31,254 nucleotides of DNA from a virus: positions 66,889 through 98,142 of IMG/VR virus record IMGVR_UViG_3300035527_000189; one strand, written 5' to 3'. The notes below the pieces were generated by a model. That model was not told the DNA's origin. It made no database searches and saw nothing but the letters and a program-made list of their open reading frames with translations. The position numbers and the translations under genes were made by a program. Below are positions 9,815-17,731 of the stretch, piece after piece; within the stretch, counting starts at the first letter, position 1, and each line of letters opens with the position of its first letter.

Positions 9815-10216
9815 ATGGCAGTTACTATAGAAAAGAAGTTCTGGAATGGTTCAGAATGGAAAGATATTGCTAAAATTGTTTTTACTAGTCCCAACTTTAC
9901 TAGTCCAGCAACTGCTGGGACTAGATCTCATATACAACCCGGCGGAGCCTACATAGGTACCTGGTTTGAGGCAGTTGATTATATGTATAGACAATTTGAT
10001 GATCAAGACTATGCTGAACTTCCTAATGAAATGGAATCGTTTTTTGGAAAATTAAATTTAATAGGTACTTTTGATTTTAGTAGCGACACATCTGCTACTT
10101 TTTATCATGATTATGGTTCAAGCTATGATTTAACTATTTCTGGGGGAGCATATCCTAGTGTATTATATAAAGACAAAGATAACTATTGTATAATAGACAG
10201 TTATACAATAAATTAG
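9815..10216 (+). CDS. hypothetical protein (133 aa)
   Basis: AAGGAG SD. N-terminal KFWNGSEWKDI is a WxGxxW motif often seen at the termini of phage fibre proteins. Confidence 0.7.
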   Translation: MAVTIEKKFWNGSEWKDIAKIVFTSPNFTSPATAGTRSHIQPGGAYIGTWFEAVDYMYRQFDDQDYAELPNEMESFFGKLNLIGTFDFSSDTSATFYHDYGSSYDLTISGGAYPSVLYKDKDNYCIIDSYTIN

Positions 10217-10279
10217 GGGGAACGATGTTTGTTTTATTAGAAAATTATTTAAGATTTAAAGAATCGTTTGGAGGTAAAT

Positions 10280-12316
10280 ATGTCTGTTCCACAAGTAACT
10301 ACTAATTTAGCTACTAATATTGGTGAAGATGTAGCTACCTTTCAAGGAAATCTTGACAGTTTAGGGCTTGAATATAGTGTAGATGCTTATTTTAAGTGGG
10401 GAACTACCAGTGGTATTTATACTGATGCTACTAGTTCTGGTACCTTAAGTTCGACTGGCCCTTTTAGTACTACGGTTTCTGGTTTAGATTCGGGCACTGA
10501 ATATCATTATTGTGCTGTTGTTACTAACGGTGTAACAACTTGGTCTGGTGTAGACGTGCAATTTGTATCTATAAATAGTCCTAGTGTGACCACAGGTTCT
10601 CCTACTGATATTACTTATGGTTCAGTAAATTTTAAAGGGCATCTTGATACTTTAGATAACTTAACTTCTGCTGATGTATATTTTGAATATGGTACTACCA
10701 CTAGCTATGGAAACGCAACAACACCTGAAACTTTAAGTTTAGTTGGCTGGTTTAGTCAGTCTGTTGATACTTTAGAATCAAATCAAACATATCATTACCG
10801 TACGGTTATTACTGATGGTGTAACAACATGGTATGGATCAGATGTACAATTTACATCAGAGGAGGGGCCAGAAGTAACTACTAATGAAGCTTCTGGGATC
10901 ACTTACACTTCTGCTGTTCTTAATGGGGATCTTGACACTTTAGGGTCTATATCTAATGCTAATGTTTATTTTGAATATGAACTTACGGCGAGTGGGTATA
11001 TTAATAGCACAAGCCCTGAAAATTTAAGTTCACCTGGGTCTTTTAGTTCTACTATCTATGGGTTAACTCCAGGACAAGAATATGATTATAGAGCAGTAGT
11101 TACTAACGGTTCCTTGCCCCGATACGGTTCAGATACACAATTTACATCAATAAATAGCCCAGAGGTAATTACCGGTACAGCTATTAATGTTGGAGGTATG
11201 GTTGCTACTGTTCAAGGGTATCTTGATTATTTAGGACTTGAATCTAGTGTATCTGTATATTTTGAATATGGAACTTCCACTAGTTATGGAAGTACGACAA
11301 CACCTGAAACTTTGAGCTCAATAGGTAGTTTTAGTTTTGACATCAGTGGATTAAGTACAGGCCAAGTATACCATTATCGTGCAGTTGTTACTGACGGCGT
11401 AACAGCTTGGCCGGGCTCAGATGCTCAACTAGAAACAAAAAGTTCCGTGACTGTAAATTTCAGTGAGGTAGTAGGAAGTGAAACCATGAATGATTGGACT
11501 AATTATACAGTAAGTGGTGTTATAGATACTGATATAGATAGTAGTGCTTCTTATTATGGAGAAGGTTTAGAAGTAATTGTAGAAACAACGGTATCTGGGT
11601 TTTCAGATTACCCTGTTAGTCCTAATTTTAATGGTACTGTAAGCGGTACTTTACTTGGAACAGTGACATCTGGTTCTGTTTACTCTGTAATTAGTGGTTT
11701 AGTTTCTGGGACTTTAATTGGATCTGATGAAGATATGACTTGTTATGTTGAAAATTATATTACTACTACTATTAGTGGGAATTCTTTTGGTACAATTAGT
11801 GGCTCTATATATGAAACATTTAATGAACCAATACAAGCCCCTATGGAATTAATGTATCATCAATATTCTACAACTACCCCTATAGATAGTAGTTCTACAG
11901 AACCCAAACCTAGGCGACATCATGGTGAAAATTCAATTATATTTTCAGTTACTTTTGGTGAAGCTTATAATTGCAGACTAACTGCCTGGGATGATGATAC
12001 ACATTCTACCACTAATAATAAGATTTTAGATGAAGAACATTATAAAGTAGATGCAGTGGCTTATAGATCAAACGTTGCAGATTCGGCTTACCAACCTGTT
12101 TTTACGAATGAGCATTGTTTAGTTTATCCACCTGTGTATGATAAAGTTCTAAAAGGTACTGAAAGTTACTATGGGGATTTTGATTTAATATTTTCTATCG
12201 TTGCTGGGGAATATGGTGAGTATTTGGCCTTTGCCCCAAGGTTAGTTAATATGGATAATAGTTTTAGTGCTGGTTCATATGATTTTGTAACCACATTGCA
12301 TTATGAATACACTTAG
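10280..12316 (+). CDS. FN3-like repeat virion surface protein (4 repeats, T/S/G-rich linker, WDD domain)
   Basis: Start moved from TTG 10268 to ATG 10280 because GGAGGT lies at 10270-10275. Four repeats of PxVTT..A..I....F.G.LD.LG....YFEYGT...Y...T....LS..G.FS....GL..G..YHYRAVVT.G...W.GSD.QF. Confidence 0.8.
   Translation: MSVPQVTTNLATNIGEDVATFQGNLDSLGLEYSVDAYFKWGTTSGIYTDATSSGTLSSTGPFSTTVSGLDSGTEYHYCAVVTNGVTTWSGVDVQFVSINSPSVTTGSPTDITYGSVNFKGHLDTLDNLTSADVYFEYGTTTSYGNATTPETLSLVGWFSQSVDTLESNQTYHYRTVITDGVTTWYGSDVQFTSEEGPEVTTNEASGITYTSAVLNGDLDTLGSISNANVYFEYELTASGYINSTSPENLSSPGSFSSTIYGLTPGQEYDYRAVVTNGSLPRYGSDTQFTSINSPEVITGTAINVGGMVATVQGYLDYLGLESSVSVYFEYGTSTSYGSTTTPETLSSIGSFSFDISGLSTGQVYHYRAVVTDGVTAWPGSDAQLETKSSVTVNFSEVVGSETMNDWTNYTVSGVIDTDIDSSASYYGEGLEVIVETTVSGFSDYPVSPNFNGTVSGTLLGTVTSGSVYSVISGLVSGTLIGSDEDMTCYVENYITTTISGNSFGTISGSIYETFNEPIQAPMELMYHQYSTTTPIDSSSTEPKPRRHHGENSIIFSVTFGEAYNCRLTAWDDDTHSTTNNKILDEEHYKVDAVAYRSNVADSAYQPVFTNEHCLVYPPVYDKVLKGTESYYGDFDLIFSIVAGEYGEYLAFAPRLVNMDNSFSAGSYDFVTTLHYEYT
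10289..11437 (+). repeat. four tandem FN3-like coding repeats of 96-97 aa
   Basis: Repeat starts (Pro codons) at 10289, 10580, 10868 and 11159; spacing 291, 288 and 291 nt. Confidence 0.85.
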
Positions 12317-12325
12317 GGGGTAAGT

Positions 12326-13726
12326 ATGCCTCTTTTAGATCATGAGATCCCAACAATATTGTTATTAAACGATCCATCTTCAGCAGACCATGGGATTTCA
12401 GCTACAGTTGGATTTAATAACACGGCTTCTGGGATAAAAGACATACCAGTTAGTATGGTTTATGATACAACTGATAGTGATCTTTCTGATATAGAAATTG
12501 AAATACCACTTGTAAACACTACTTTTGGTAATAAAAATATTGAAGGTGAACTCATTTTAGCTTCTGGTGTAGATGTAAGCCTTTATGATACAGAAAATGA
12601 ATTAATTTTAGAAAATGTTTCTTTATCTGCCAATAATACACCAGTAAATACATGGTATTTATATATAAATGGCAGTGTTTTTGATATAGATAATGATTTG
12701 TTTCTATATAGTGATTTACAAAACAATTTATTAGATGTAGATACATCTTTTAGGATAAATATTGGAAGTGTTAAAACGGCAAGGGATGTTTATAATGAAA
12801 TTGAATTGGCTGAGCCCAAATATTTTAATTTTCCAATTTCAGTTTATTGTTCGACTGCTGGAACTTATTATAGTTGTCCAGCGGATATTAAGCAAGGTAG
12901 TGGTAGAATAGGTTTTATAAATAGTGAAGTATTCGCATCGGCTTCTGGTGTGGAGGGTTTGGAATATGATATTTTTTGTACTGGTATGTCAGGGGTTTAT
13001 TATTTAGCTGATATTATTACTACTCCAGGTAACATATCTATTTTAGATACTGATTTGTTTTGTGCTGATTTAGTATCATATAAAGCTAATAAGGTTGATA
13101 TTAAGACAAGAAGTATATTTGTCTCTGATTTTTTTATTAATGTGGATTCTTATACTGAAGCATCTTCTGTTGGTTATGTTGATATTGTAGATTTTATATA
13201 CCCAATAGTGGAATCTTCGATCACTATAAAAATAGATGGAACAACCCTTAGTGGGATAGTTATAGAGAATATAGATCTTGGTAAACGTATTTATTTCGAT
13301 CCACTTAATAATTTTTTTTCGGATGGCGAAATAATTTTAAATGTTTATGCTGAAAGTTCAATAGGTGAGGTTATTGATGAAGACTTCTATTTATTGTATG
13401 GCTACGATTTAAAAATGAATGAAGTGGTTTTTTGGAAACCAAATGAAGAGGTTGTAATAAGGGGACAAGCTAAAAATAAAGCTTTTTGCCCCAATGAAGA
13501 AGGTTTAGCTTATTATTTTAGAACAAGGGATTACGATTCTTATAATTTACAATTTGATATTAATCCTGTAGGTTTTGTAGATATTCCGATGTCTATTTAT
13601 CCTCAATCAACCGCCTTCTTCTATGGAAAAACTTATACAGTTAGAGTTGAGGGTGTTAAGGATTTTGCTGGTAATACTATGCCACCGTTTGAATATAGTT
13701 TTACAATAGAGGACCCAGGAGAATAA
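12326..13726 (+). CDS. acidic putative structural protein with C-terminal Ig-like (Big_5-like) segment
   Basis: GGGGG SD. C-terminal FFYGKTYTVRVEGVKDFAGNTMPPFEYSFTIE is the typical Big_5/SbsA-Ig end. N-terminal half has short beta-strand-like pseudo-repeats. Confidence 0.7.
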   Translation: MPLLDHEIPTILLLNDPSSADHGISATVGFNNTASGIKDIPVSMVYDTTDSDLSDIEIEIPLVNTTFGNKNIEGELILASGVDVSLYDTENELILENVSLSANNTPVNTWYLYINGSVFDIDNDLFLYSDLQNNLLDVDTSFRINIGSVKTARDVYNEIELAEPKYFNFPISVYCSTAGTYYSCPADIKQGSGRIGFINSEVFASASGVEGLEYDIFCTGMSGVYYLADIITTPGNISILDTDLFCADLVSYKANKVDIKTRSIFVSDFFINVDSYTEASSVGYVDIVDFIYPIVESSITIKIDGTTLSGIVIENIDLGKRIYFDPLNNFFSDGEIILNVYAESSIGEVIDEDFYLLYGYDLKMNEVVFWKPNEEVVIRGQAKNKAFCPNEEGLAYYFRTRDYDSYNLQFDINPVGFVDIPMSIYPQSTAFFYGKTYTVRVEGVKDFAGNTMPPFEYSFTIEDPGE

Positions 13727-14406
13727 TGAGAAAACTAACATATGAGTTTGTAAAAGAAAAATTTGAGGAAAGAGGATACACTCTTTTAAGTAACATTTAT
13801 GTTAATGGAAGGACAAAGATGGATTATATTTGTCCAAAAGGACACATCCATAATATTACTTATATAGATTTTAGTTCTGGAAGGGGTTGCCCTGTTTGTG
13901 GATTAAATAGACGAGCTTCCAAAAGAAGGTTATCGTTTAGTATTATAGAGGAATACTTCATTATTGAGGGCTTCAAGCTGTTTGAGCCGGAAGGTGGTTA
14001 TATAAATGTGGATCAAAAGTTAGATTTTGAATGTCCAAATGGTCATACTGGTAGTATCTCATATCATAATTGGAAAAATGGTTGGAGATGTGTTAAGTGT
14101 CATCATGAAAAATTATCTTTAATCTTTTTAGGTTCTGGAGGATCTAATTGGAGAGGCGGAAAGTCTTTCGAGACATATTGTGAAGAATGGAAAGATTTAG
14201 AGTATAAGAATAGTATTAAAGAGCGTGATGGTTATAGATGTTTGAACCCATACTGTTATCAAATAGATAATGTTCTATCTGTCCATCATATAGATTACAA
14301 TAAAAAGAATTGCCGTCCTAACAATCTTATCACAGTTTGTAGGTCTTGTAACTCAAGGGCCAATAAAGATCATAGATGGCATAAACCTGGTATCAGGCTA
14401 TTTTAA
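13726..14406 (+). CDS. HNH homing endonuclease with two N-terminal zinc-ribbon repeats; probable 3' frameshift (extended stop at 14432)
   Basis: CPKGH..GCPVC and CPNGH..RCVKC repeats; SNWRGG; IKERDGYRCLNPYC...LSVHHIDYNKKNCRPNNLITVCRSCN HNH core. Basic composition, unlike its neighbours. Confidence 0.85.
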   Translation: MRKLTYEFVKEKFEERGYTLLSNIYVNGRTKMDYICPKGHIHNITYIDFSSGRGCPVCGLNRRASKRRLSFSIIEEYFIIEGFKLFEPEGGYINVDQKLDFECPNGHTGSISYHNWKNGWRCVKCHHEKLSLIFLGSGGSNWRGGKSFETYCEEWKDLEYKNSIKERDGYRCLNPYCYQIDNVLSVHHIDYNKKNCRPNNLITVCRSCNSRANKDHRWHKPGIRLF

Positions 14407-14445
14407 GTAAAAGATACAAATATAATTATTAAGGAGGATTAAATT

Positions 14446-16026
14446 ATGTGTGCTGCGAGAACCCGTTGGGTTAGTTTTGATTCAAGCGCTATAGGAACCG
14501 CAGGTGATGGTAACGGTTCTGGATGTAAGGGGACAAGAGGTTACTGCAAATCTACAGCTTCTACTGCAGATGTGTTTGATATAGGCCCAACAACAAATAG
14601 GTTATATTTAAGTATTGACGGTGATCCAGCCCCGTATATAACACTTTATTCAGGGGCTGAGTTAGATGCTAGATTTGTCGCAAAAGATATAACAGAAAAA
14701 TTACATGATTTAGGGAAGGCTAGTGAAAAGTATGACAATGCTTATTGTGAATGGACTAATGACAAATCGGCAGGTAATTGTTTTAAGATCTATTCAGGTA
14801 CTTTAGGCTCGTCTTCAAGTGTTACGGTTACAGCCAGTGGTACTGAATCTGTAGGTTCAGTTCTGGGGTTTAATACAAAACAAGAAGTAGGTGGATCTGC
14901 AGACTCAAATGGCTTTGCTGGTGATGCAAGTGTTAGTGGAACTTATTACGGATTTTTAGATGAAATTTATCATGTGGTGATAAGTAGCGATACTTTTGCT
15001 GAAGCAGTGACTGCACCTAGAGGCATTGCTACTCCAACTAAAGGTGGGGCTAATAGTTATGTTGGTACTATGACTACTGGAGGTGTTTTTAATGGGCCAT
15101 CAAATATCACCTATACCTTGGCTATTGATGTGGCCAATGGAACGACTATGGGGGCTACTACAGGTGATGTACCAAGATTAACCTGGACATCAACTGGGTC
15201 TGATTCTTCTACAGAATATACTGAATTGCTGTACCCAGATCATTGGTATAAAGTAGGGGATTATGGGCTTATGGTTAAATTCTCTGATGCTGTATTTAAT
15301 CAATGTGATCCTGCATGGACTATAGAAACTTATAGACCTGATTATGTACAGGGGACTAATGCTGTTGGTCCTGTAGGTACTGCACAGTACGTTTATAGTT
15401 CTAATAGAGGGGATATGAGTTCTACTCCAATTACCACCTCCTCTGGGGCACCTACACAGTTAGGAACAAGAGGTTTGAATATAGCATTCAATCCTTCTGG
15501 AGGAAGTGACAATTTCAATGCCGGCGATGAATTTTTTGTTATTTGCTCGGCACCAAAACCTGAATCATATAATATTACTTCAATGAGTTATGGTAATGTT
15601 ACAGTCAGTTCTGAATCTGATGTTAAGTGTGTAATGTTTGAAGTTGAAAGTGGTGCAGTGGAGTTATCTACAGTTAAGATGGGGTTACAAAGTCATGGTA
15701 CTTTTAGTCATCATGATGAAGGTAATTCAGACACTAAGTTCAGGTTTGGAACAGTTGGACCCAAAAACAAAGCAGGTGCATCTCCAAATGTGGGGATAGA
15801 GTGGTACCCTAATGTGTTACCTGGAGATATAGATAGTGATATTCCGCCAGCATATTTATATCATACTAAAGAAAATTTATCTGTTGTATCTACAGCAGAC
15901 GATAGTGAGAGTGTTGGAAATGTCGGTTTAGTGTCAGATCCTATGTGGGTTAATATTCGACTTGGAAGTTCAGAAACTGGGAGTAATAGTACCATAAATA
16001 TGCGTCTTTTTTTCGATTATAGTTGA
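14446..16026 (+). CDS. putative virion structural protein (526 aa, G/S/T-rich)
   Basis: AAGGAGG SD. N-terminal domain GYCKS...LYLSIDG...VAKDITEKL...YDNAYCEW...FKIYSGTLG...VLGFN is shared with ORFs 971 and 23689. Confidence 0.7.
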   Translation: MCAARTRWVSFDSSAIGTAGDGNGSGCKGTRGYCKSTASTADVFDIGPTTNRLYLSIDGDPAPYITLYSGAELDARFVAKDITEKLHDLGKASEKYDNAYCEWTNDKSAGNCFKIYSGTLGSSSSVTVTASGTESVGSVLGFNTKQEVGGSADSNGFAGDASVSGTYYGFLDEIYHVVISSDTFAEAVTAPRGIATPTKGGANSYVGTMTTGGVFNGPSNITYTLAIDVANGTTMGATTGDVPRLTWTSTGSDSSTEYTELLYPDHWYKVGDYGLMVKFSDAVFNQCDPAWTIETYRPDYVQGTNAVGPVGTAQYVYSSNRGDMSSTPITTSSGAPTQLGTRGLNIAFNPSGGSDNFNAGDEFFVICSAPKPESYNITSMSYGNVTVSSESDVKCVMFEVESGAVELSTVKMGLQSHGTFSHHDEGNSDTKFRFGTVGPKNKAGASPNVGIEWYPNVLPGDIDSDIPPAYLYHTKENLSVVSTADDSESVGNVGLVSDPMWVNIRLGSSETGSNSTINMRLFFDYS

Positions 16027-16033
16027 CTGTTAT

Positions 16034-16077
16034 TGTTAGGTTTCAGCAGTTTTTAACTAACGAAGTAAAACCTAATA
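16034..16077 (+). other. imperfect stem-loop after ORF 14446 (possible terminator or processing site)
   Basis: TGTTAGGTTT (16034-16043) pairs with AAACCTAATA (16068-16077) with one G-U pair; no clean U-tract follows. Confidence 0.3.
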
Positions 16078-16083
16078 TTAATA

Positions 16084-16104
16084 AACTAACCTTTATATTA
16101 GTAG
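16084..16104 (+). promoter_or_regulatory. intergenic motif copy 2, candidate phage-specific promoter
   Basis: AACTAACCTTTATATTAGTAG, near-identical to 8637-8657. Confidence 0.5.
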
Positions 16105-16112
16105 AGACTTAC

Positions 16113-16147
16113 TTGACTTTATATAAAACTGTATTATATTAAAGTCA
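16113..16147 (+). promoter_or_regulatory. sigma70-like promoter overlapped by an inverted repeat (candidate operator)
   Basis: TTGACT (16113-16118), 16-nt spacer, TATATT (16135-16140). TGACTTTA (16114-16121) is the reverse complement of TAAAGTCA (16140-16147). Confidence 0.5.
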
Positions 16148-16173
16148 TTTATTAACTAAAATGGAGGTATATT

Positions 16174-16959
16174 ATGAAAAGACTGACTTGGCTGGATGAA
16201 AAGAAAGATGAGATTATTAAATTACATAGAGAGGATGGTTGGACTAATCAACAAATAGCTAATCATCTAGGAACCTCTGCTAGTTCTATTAACACCCGTT
16301 TACGGAAATGGAAAGCTAATGTAAGTGATTGTAATAGAAATAAAAGAGTAGATATTCCTAAAGAAGATATTAGAAGAATGTACTGGGATGAGCAGATGCA
16401 TCCTTCACAGATTGCCGAGATATATGGTGTTTGTAAGCAGACTATAACGAATAAGATGAAGAGCTACGGTATTCCTTTTAGAACTAAAAGTGAATCTAGG
16501 GTAGGTAAATTAAATCCAATATATGGGGTAGGTCATACTGAAGAAACAAGAAAAAAACTTTCTTATTCGTTTGTAAATGGGCGAAAGATAGGTTTTAGTT
16601 TAGGTACTTGGGGTAATCATCATAAATATTTAACCCCAAACCAAGGTGAAGTTACTATGCGTTCAGGTTGGGAGGCAAAGGTTGCTGATTATTTGACTTC
16701 CAAAGGATTAGATTGGTACTATGAATATGAATGGCTAAAGGTGGGCGATATACATTATTTGCCAGATTTTTTCATACCTGATTTGAATACTTATATAGAG
16801 GTTAAAGGTAGAAAAAAGAGATGTGACATGGATAAGTTTGAAAAGGCTAGAGCTTTATATAATATTATTTTATGGGATGGAATAGAATTATTAAAACTAG
16901 GTATCATTGATAACTGTGGTGATGCTAAATTAAATAGAAAATACAGAAAGAAGAACTAA
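16174..16959 (+). CDS. putative homing endonuclease: two HTH-like repeats, NUMOD3-like motif, C-terminal PD-(D/E)XK nuclease
   Basis: GGAGGT SD. WTNQQIANHLGTSASSI and HPSQIAEIYGVCKQTI helix-turn-helix segments; NPIYGVGHTEETRKKLS; MRSGWEAKVADYL...YEYE...YLPDFFIPDLNTYIEVKG. Confidence 0.8.
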   Translation: MKRLTWLDEKKDEIIKLHREDGWTNQQIANHLGTSASSINTRLRKWKANVSDCNRNKRVDIPKEDIRRMYWDEQMHPSQIAEIYGVCKQTITNKMKSYGIPFRTKSESRVGKLNPIYGVGHTEETRKKLSYSFVNGRKIGFSLGTWGNHHKYLTPNQGEVTMRSGWEAKVADYLTSKGLDWYYEYEWLKVGDIHYLPDFFIPDLNTYIEVKGRKKRCDMDKFEKARALYNIILWDGIELLKLGIIDNCGDAKLNRKYRKKN

Positions 16960-16972
16960 AGGATATAGTAAA

Positions 16973-17188
16973 ATGAAATCTAAAATTTATTTAAAAGAAA
17001 TAGTTGAAAACAAAGATAGGAAGTTTGGCTCATTACTTGAATATTATCCAGCAAGGGTTGAGACTGAAGACGGAAAAGTTTTTAACGCTTTATTTACAGA
17101 AAATGATATAAACGAGGCTATGTTAAGAGCTGAATCCAATCCAGAGGATATACCTAAGACTGGATTTTTAGAATCAATATTTGGTTAA
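16973..17188 (+). CDS. hypothetical protein (71 aa)
   Basis: AAGGA SD; fills the gap between neighbours. Confidence 0.65.
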   Translation: MKSKIYLKEIVENKDRKFGSLLEYYPARVETEDGKVFNALFTENDINEAMLRAESNPEDIPKTGFLESIFG

Positions 17189-17203
17189 TTACGGAGGTAT
17201 ATT

Positions 17204-17407
17204 GTGATAAAGGAATTTGAATGTGTAAAGTGCGGAAAAATAGAAGAGGTATGGGATAGGTTTGATAGTATACCAGATAAGTGTGAATATTGTGGCGGAG
17301 ACATGAAGAAAATTATTTCTAAAAACAATTTTCATCTTAAAGGTACAGGCTGGGCATCAACTAGGTATTCAAAAGAGGAAACCAAGAAGTCCAAAAAAAG
17401 TGAATAA
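17204..17407 (+). CDS. FmdB-family zinc-ribbon protein
   Basis: GTG start after GGAGGT; FECVKCG...KCEYCGGDMKKIISKNNFHLKGTGW matches the FmdB CxxC/CxxC...FxLKGxGW pattern. Confidence 0.85.
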   Translation: MIKEFECVKCGKIEEVWDRFDSIPDKCEYCGGDMKKIISKNNFHLKGTGWASTRYSKEETKKSKKSE

Positions 17408-17419
17408 AGGAGAAAGTTT

Positions 17420-17731
17420 ATGAGACGTGGATGGGTTGCTACCCTTAATGATGGTACTGTTATGAGTGAAGATAAATACTTATGGAAAGAGGTACCTAAT
17501 AAAGATATAAAAAGCTTGACATTACATTTTGACGGCCGCAGATGGGAATTAGCAGGTAAGCAGGCATATTTCGTCAAAAATCGTGCTTCTATGGTTCCTG
17601 GTATCCAAGCATCACTTCGTGTAGAAAGACGTTGTATTGGTTATTATGAAGGTGCTAACAAGGTTCATTATATAGTTGACGAGGCTACTGGTAAGTTCAC
17701 TATGGAAGTTCAGGATAATAGTGAGGGTTAA
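17420..17731 (+). CDS. hypothetical protein (103 aa), possible paralog of ORF 9350
   Basis: AAGGAG SD; TAATG-coupled to the next ORF. Confidence 0.7.
   Translation: MRRGWVATLNDGTVMSEDKYLWKEVPNKDIKSLTLHFDGRRWELAGKQAYFVKNRASMVPGIQASLRVERRCIGYYEGANKVHYIVDEATGKFTMEVQDNSEG

Noticed and set aside
10289-11437. Repeats as a CRISPR array or a DGR template/variable pair
   Set aside because: They are in-frame, ~290-nt, diverged protein-domain repeats. There is no repeat-spacer structure, no adenine-specific mismatch pattern that I could see, and no reverse transcriptase in the window.
13726-14406. HNH gene as part of a group I intron or intein
   Set aside because: It is TAATG-coupled to a complete upstream gene and followed by a gene with its own SD; there is no non-coding room for an intron core.
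14446-16026. Calling this ORF a tail sheath protein
   Set aside because: The size fits and the N-terminal module resembles accessory domains of tail and flagellar proteins, but I cannot see sheath core motifs.
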